Assembly (NCBI GenBank): GCA_014381465.1
Contig: JACNLP010000074.1
Coordinates: 5,855 to 69,854 of the forward strand
Direction: 5' to 3'
DNA: 64,000 bases
Origin: Flavobacteriales bacterium
Lineage (GTDB): Bacteria > Bacteroidota > Bacteroidia > Flavobacteriales > BACL11
The notes under the pieces are model-generated. The model had not been told where the DNA came from and ran no database searches. It saw only the letters and a program-made list of their open reading frames with translations. Each line of letters opens with the position of its first letter. The stretch's first letter is position 1. Both the position numbers and the translations under genes were made by a program. This document shows, one piece after another, positions 60,274 through 64,000 of the stretch.

Positions 60274-60281
60274 CAAATATA
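60274..60281 (-). promoter_or_regulatory. -7 box TATATTTG upstream of the T9SS-CTD/collagen pair
   Basis: Reverse complement of 60274-60281 is TATATTTG, 63 nt upstream of the ATG at 60211. Confidence 0.4.
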
Positions 60282-60412
60282 TAAAAATATTACACCATAC
60301 AGTTAAACTTACTTTTACTACAAACAACAAAAGGAAAAAGAGAATTAAATAAAATAAGAAATAATACCCATAAACTCATAAAAGAAACAGGATTTATCTA
60401 TTTCTTAAGAAA

Positions 60413-60853
60413 TTAATTATCCTCCAAATTCCATTCTGCAAATGAAGTAGCGGTTTCGGATAAAACTACTTTGTATAACTCCGCATGAGCTGGCAGTTTT
60501 CCTTTAATGATTGAAACAAAATCCAAAACTAAATTTTCTGATGTTGGTTGAAAAGGTAAGTAATGTACTTTTTCAAATGCTGATAAATCGATATTAGCAT
60601 GAGGTGAGTTTGCATTTAAAACCAAAGAATGGTCGTATCTATCAATTACTTCTGGCTTTACAATATCCTTAATTACACTAAAATCCATTACCATTCCATC
60701 TTTTTTATGGCCTTTTTCTTGTCGCACATTTCCTCTTACAGTTACGCTCAATTTGTACGAATGTCCGTGAATGTTTTTACACAAACCATCATATCCATGT
60801 AAAGCATGTGCCATTTCAAATTTAAACTCCTTTGTTATTCTGATAATTGACAT
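60413..60853 (-). CDS. queD: 6-carboxy-5,6,7,8-tetrahydropterin synthase
   Basis: 146 aa. CKNIHGHSY zinc/catalytic motif. Confidence 0.93.
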   Translation of the reverse strand: MSIIRITKEFKFEMAHALHGYDGLCKNIHGHSYKLSVTVRGNVRQEKGHKKDGMVMDFSVIKDIVKPEVIDRYDHSLVLNANSPHANIDLSAFEKVHYLPFQPTSENLVLDFVSIIKGKLPAHAELYKVVLSETATSFAEWNLEDN

Positions 60854-60880
60854 TTAATAAAATTTTTTAAACAAAAGTAT

Positions 60881-60920
60881 GTAAAAATAAAGAGCCCTGC
60901 CAAATTTGACAGAGCTCTTT
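60881..60920 (-). terminator. Rho-independent terminator after the cytochrome c gene
   Basis: The minus strand reads AAAGAGCTCTG-TCAAATTTGG-CAGGGCTCTTT, an 11-bp stem with one G-U pair, followed by ATTTTTAC. Confidence 0.6.
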
Positions 60921-60940
60921 ATACTAACTAAAAACTAAAA

Positions 60941-61393
60941 CTACCTATTTGCGGCAACCATTTCGGTGGTAACTACTCCACCAGAATTGCCCCAAGAGTT
61001 CAATACGTATGTTGCAACTGCTACAATATCTTCATCAGAAAGATGTGTGAATTTTGTCATGGTATTTCCAGGATATTCTGTTCCATTTACCATTATCGGA
61101 TCTTTAGTACCATTAATTATTGTTTTTATCGTCCTATCAATATCGGCAAGCATATAATCAGAATTTGCTAAAGGTGGGAAAGTACCAACAATACCCTCCC
61201 CATTTGCTTGATGACATGCCAAACACTGCATATAAACCGTTCTTCCTTTATCCATCACACTCTGGCTTATTACAGAAGTTTCAACTACCTCATCCTGTAT
61301 GTTTTCAATTGTTTGATCCTTTGTGTCTCCCTGGCAAGCTACTAACACAACTAAAGCTAATATTCCAGCTACTATCTTAATTTTCTTCATCAT
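60941..61393 (-). CDS. Class I c-type cytochrome, probable lipoprotein
   Basis: MMKKIKIVAGILALVVLVAC lipobox at the internal start (the track ORF extends to 61465). CLACHQ heme-binding site and a distal Met region. Confidence 0.85.
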   Translation of the reverse strand: MMKKIKIVAGILALVVLVACQGDTKDQTIENIQDEVVETSVISQSVMDKGRTVYMQCLACHQANGEGIVGTFPPLANSDYMLADIDRTIKTIINGTKDPIMVNGTEYPGNTMTKFTHLSDEDIVAVATYVLNSWGNSGGVVTTEMVAANR

Positions 61394-61519
61394 ATAATTA
61401 TAGTTGTTAAATTTAACATTGCAAAAATAAGTGCTTATATTTTTATAAAATATGATAAAAATCATATTATTGAAAATATTTACTTTCTACTGCTTTCTGT
61501 TAAACCCATCTTTATATAT

Positions 61520-61527
61520 TATATTTG
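61520..61527 (+). promoter_or_regulatory. -7 box TATATTTG upstream of the U32 gene
   Basis: TAnnTTTG match ending 9 nt before the ATG at 61536. It lies inside the track ORF's extension. Confidence 0.45.
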
Positions 61528-61535
61528 CCGCCAAG

Positions 61536-62783
61536 ATGAGATCAAGAGAAATCGAAATAATGGCTCCTGCAGGAAGTTGGGAATCCTTACAAGCCGCTCT
61601 TCAAGGTGGTGCAAATTCTATTTACTTTGGAATAGAACAACTAAATATGAGGGCTCGTTCTTCTAATAATTTTACTCTAGAAGATTTAGTGGAAATTGCA
61701 ACACTTTGCAAGGAAAAAAATGTAAAATCATACATTACTCTAAACACAATTATTTATGATCATGATTTAAACCTCATGAAAAAAATTGTAAATACTGCAA
61801 AGGAAAGTGGAATAACTGCAATTATTGCTTCAGATCAAGCTGTTATTTCTTACGCATCATCCATAAAAATGGAAGTGCATATTTCTACTCAATGTAATGT
61901 AACTAACCTAGAAACTGTCCGTTTTTATTCTCATTTTGCTGATGTAGTGGTTTTATCGCGTGAGCTTTCATTATTACAAGTGAAAGAAATTACAAAAGGA
62001 ATAGAAAAAGAACAAATAAAAGGACCTAAAGGAAACTTAATTGAAATTGAAATCTTTGCTCATGGTGCGCTTTGTGTTGCTGTTTCTGGGAAATGTTATA
62101 TGAGCTTACACACAGCTAATTCATCTGCTAACAGAGGGGCTTGCACACAAAATTGCAGAAAGACTTACACTGTAAAAGACAAAGAAACAGGGCATGAATT
62201 TGATATTGACAATGAATATATTATGTCTCCAAAAGATTTATGCACTATTGGATTTATGGATCAAGTGCTAGATGCAGGAGTAACAGTATTAAAATTGGAA
62301 GGAAGAGGAAGAGCTCCTGAATATGTAAAAACTACAACTTCATGCTATAGAGAAGCTGCTGATGCTTATTTGGATGGGAAATATTCGCAAGAGAAAGTAA
62401 AAGGATGGATGAGCAGATTAGAAACTGTTTACAATAGAGGATTTTGGGATGGTTATTATTTAGGACAACAATTAGGAGAATGGGCTGGTGTTAGCGGTTC
62501 AAAATCTACGAAAAAGAAGATATTTGTTTCTAAGACTGCTAGATTTTATCCAAAATTAGGAGTTGCTGAGTTTGATTTAGTAACGGGAACACTTAAAAAA
62601 GGAGATACCATCTTAATAACTGGAAAAATAACAGGCGTTTTTGAAACTACAGTAGATGAGATTCATTTAGACAGAACTTTAGTTGCTGAAGTAAAAAAAG
62701 GAGAGCGCTTTTCTTTAAAACTAAGTGAAGCTGTACGAGCAGGTGATAGATTATATAAAGTAATAGATAGTGAGTTCGCATGA
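61536..62783 (+). CDS. Peptidase U32 family protein (TrhP/YegQ-like)
   Basis: MRSREIEIMAPAGSWESL start. U32 signature EIFAHGALCVAVSGKCYMS. Confidence 0.88.
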   Translation: MRSREIEIMAPAGSWESLQAALQGGANSIYFGIEQLNMRARSSNNFTLEDLVEIATLCKEKNVKSYITLNTIIYDHDLNLMKKIVNTAKESGITAIIASDQAVISYASSIKMEVHISTQCNVTNLETVRFYSHFADVVVLSRELSLLQVKEITKGIEKEQIKGPKGNLIEIEIFAHGALCVAVSGKCYMSLHTANSSANRGACTQNCRKTYTVKDKETGHEFDIDNEYIMSPKDLCTIGFMDQVLDAGVTVLKLEGRGRAPEYVKTTTSCYREAADAYLDGKYSQEKVKGWMSRLETVYNRGFWDGYYLGQQLGEWAGVSGSKSTKKKIFVSKTARFYPKLGVAEFDLVTGTLKKGDTILITGKITGVFETTVDEIHLDRTLVAEVKKGERFSLKLSEAVRAGDRLYKVIDSEFA

Positions 62784-63013
62784 TACAAATAACACAACAA
62801 AGGGCAAAATGCATTGGTTGTAACTATTGTGTGGAGATTGCACCCGAGAGATGGAGAATGAATAAAAAAGATGGAAAAAGTGTACTTTTGGAGGCTAAGG
62901 AAAAAAAAGGTTTCTTTACAGTTGAATTACACGATATGGAATATGAAGCAAATAAGGCGGCTGCCAGCGCTTGTCCTGTCAAAATAATTCATGTAAAAAT
63001 ATTAAATAGATAA
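62780..63013 (+). CDS. Small ferredoxin (single Fe-S cluster type)
   Basis: 77 aa. CIGCNYC ... ACP cysteine pattern. ATGA overlap with the U32 gene. Confidence 0.8.
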   Translation: MIQITQQRAKCIGCNYCVEIAPERWRMNKKDGKSVLLEAKEKKGFFTVELHDMEYEANKAAASACPVKIIHVKILNR

Positions 63014-63975
63014 TGGAAAGGATTTTAATAATAGGTTCATCAGGGCAAATTGGTACTGAACTTGTGATGAAGTTAAGGAAGATGTATGGAAATGATAATG
63101 TTATTGCTTCCGATATTCGTCCTTCTTGTGATGAGGTTATGCAATCCGGGCAGTTTGAAACATTGGATATAATGGACGAGCAATTATTAAGGTCTATTGT
63201 AAAGAAACACCAAATAACTCAAGTTTATTTATTAGCAGCACTACTATCTGCAACTGCTGAGCAAAACATTGAATTAGGTTGGAATTTAAACATGCGCTCA
63301 CTTTCACATGTGTTAGATTTGGCAAAAGATGGACTCATCAAAAAGATTTTCTGGCCATCATCAATTGCTGTTTTTGGGCCTACCACTCCAAAAGAAAATA
63401 CGCCACAATATACGGTAATGGAACCCAACACAGTTTATGGCATCAGCAAACAAGCCGGAGAAAGATGGTGTGAATATTACTTTAATAAATTTAATGTGGA
63501 TATTCGTTCAATTCGTTATCCTGGCTTAATTGGTTGGAAAGCTGCCCCAGGTGGAGGAACAACTGATTATGCAGTGGATATTTTTCATAAAGCCATTCAG
63601 CATGGAAAATATGAGAGTTTCTTAGCTGAAAATACAGGTCTGCCAATGATGTATATGCCAGATGCAATTCGTGCAACAATTGAACTTATGGAGGCTCCTA
63701 CCGAACAAGTAAAAATCCGTTCTTCTTACAATTTAGCAGGAGTAAGTTTTACGCCAAAACAAATTGCTGCTGAAATTAAAAAGCATATCCCTGATTTTGA
63801 AATGACATATAAGCCAGATTTCAGACAAGAAATTGCTGACTCTTGGCCATCATCCATTAATGATACACACGCACAAGATGATTGGGGATGGAATTTGGAG
63901 TACAATCTAGAAAAAATGACTTCAGATATGATGGAGAATTTGAAAAGAAAATACAGTATGAATGTTAGTAGTTAG
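63013..63975 (+). CDS. tdh: NAD-dependent epimerase/dehydratase-fold L-threonine 3-dehydrogenase
   Basis: 320 aa. IIGSSGQIGTEL Rossmann loop and YGISK (YxxxK). N-terminus is typical of SDR-type TDH. Its start overlaps the ferredoxin stop by 1 nt. Confidence 0.8.
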   Translation: MERILIIGSSGQIGTELVMKLRKMYGNDNVIASDIRPSCDEVMQSGQFETLDIMDEQLLRSIVKKHQITQVYLLAALLSATAEQNIELGWNLNMRSLSHVLDLAKDGLIKKIFWPSSIAVFGPTTPKENTPQYTVMEPNTVYGISKQAGERWCEYYFNKFNVDIRSIRYPGLIGWKAAPGGGTTDYAVDIFHKAIQHGKYESFLAENTGLPMMYMPDAIRATIELMEAPTEQVKIRSSYNLAGVSFTPKQIAAEIKKHIPDFEMTYKPDFRQEIADSWPSSINDTHAQDDWGWNLEYNLEKMTSDMMENLKRKYSMNVSS

Positions 63976-64000
63976 TAGATTTTAGAGAATCAACTACAAA

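Noticed and set aside
1-64000. Scan for tRNA, rRNA, CRISPR arrays, IS elements, integrases and riboswitch-sized leaders
   Set aside because: Intergenic gaps are mostly under 150 nt. None shows cloverleaf-like, repeat-spacer or terminal-inverted-repeat structure, and no transposase or integrase motifs appear in any ORF. A covariance-model scan (tRNAscan-SE, Infernal/Rfam) would be needed to exclude small ncRNAs.

Overview
AT-rich, densely packed chromosomal segment. It looks like a Bacteroidota genome, probably Flavobacteriia-like. Evidence for that placement: T9SS C-terminal sorting domains, TAnnTTTG -7 promoter boxes placed very close to start codons, and the ftsX-DUF3098-uppP-truB synteny. 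About 90 percent of the window is recognisable housekeeping. This includes leuS, trpS, aspS, gatC, the RNA-modification genes truB, queA, queD, rlmN, rsmI and tadA, dnaG, recJ, ispD, ispB, alr, tdk, hflX, rnpA and yidD. There is also a complete aa3-type cytochrome c oxidase cluster (coxB-ctaD-two subunit III genes-subunit IV-SCO) plus ctaB and a DUF420 gene. I found no rRNA, tRNA, CRISPR array, transposase or integrase. Two small stretches look accessory. (1) 58.4-60.3 kb holds a translationally coupled pair wedged between the cox operon and queD. The pair is a minimal T9SS-CTD protein and a signal-peptide protein with 39 uninterrupted collagen G-X-Y triplets and a DUF1566 (Legionella Lcl-like) C-terminal domain. 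This is my best candidate for an undescribed surface-fibre module. (2) 39.2-42.2 kb holds an XRE regulator, two lipoproteins (one PKD plus a C2-like domain), an intact class II Fic enzyme and a gutted Fic pseudogene. Other points worth a second look: three amidohydrolase modules of which only one keeps the HxH metal motif; a U32 enzyme, ferredoxin and threonine dehydrogenase linked by overlapping stop/start codons; an SCO protein with a four-cysteine insertion overlapping a tiny CxxC membrane protein; and an FNR-like cysteine pattern in the Crp-family regulator next to the oxidase biogenesis genes. All functional calls rest on motif and family recognition by eye. No database search was run.
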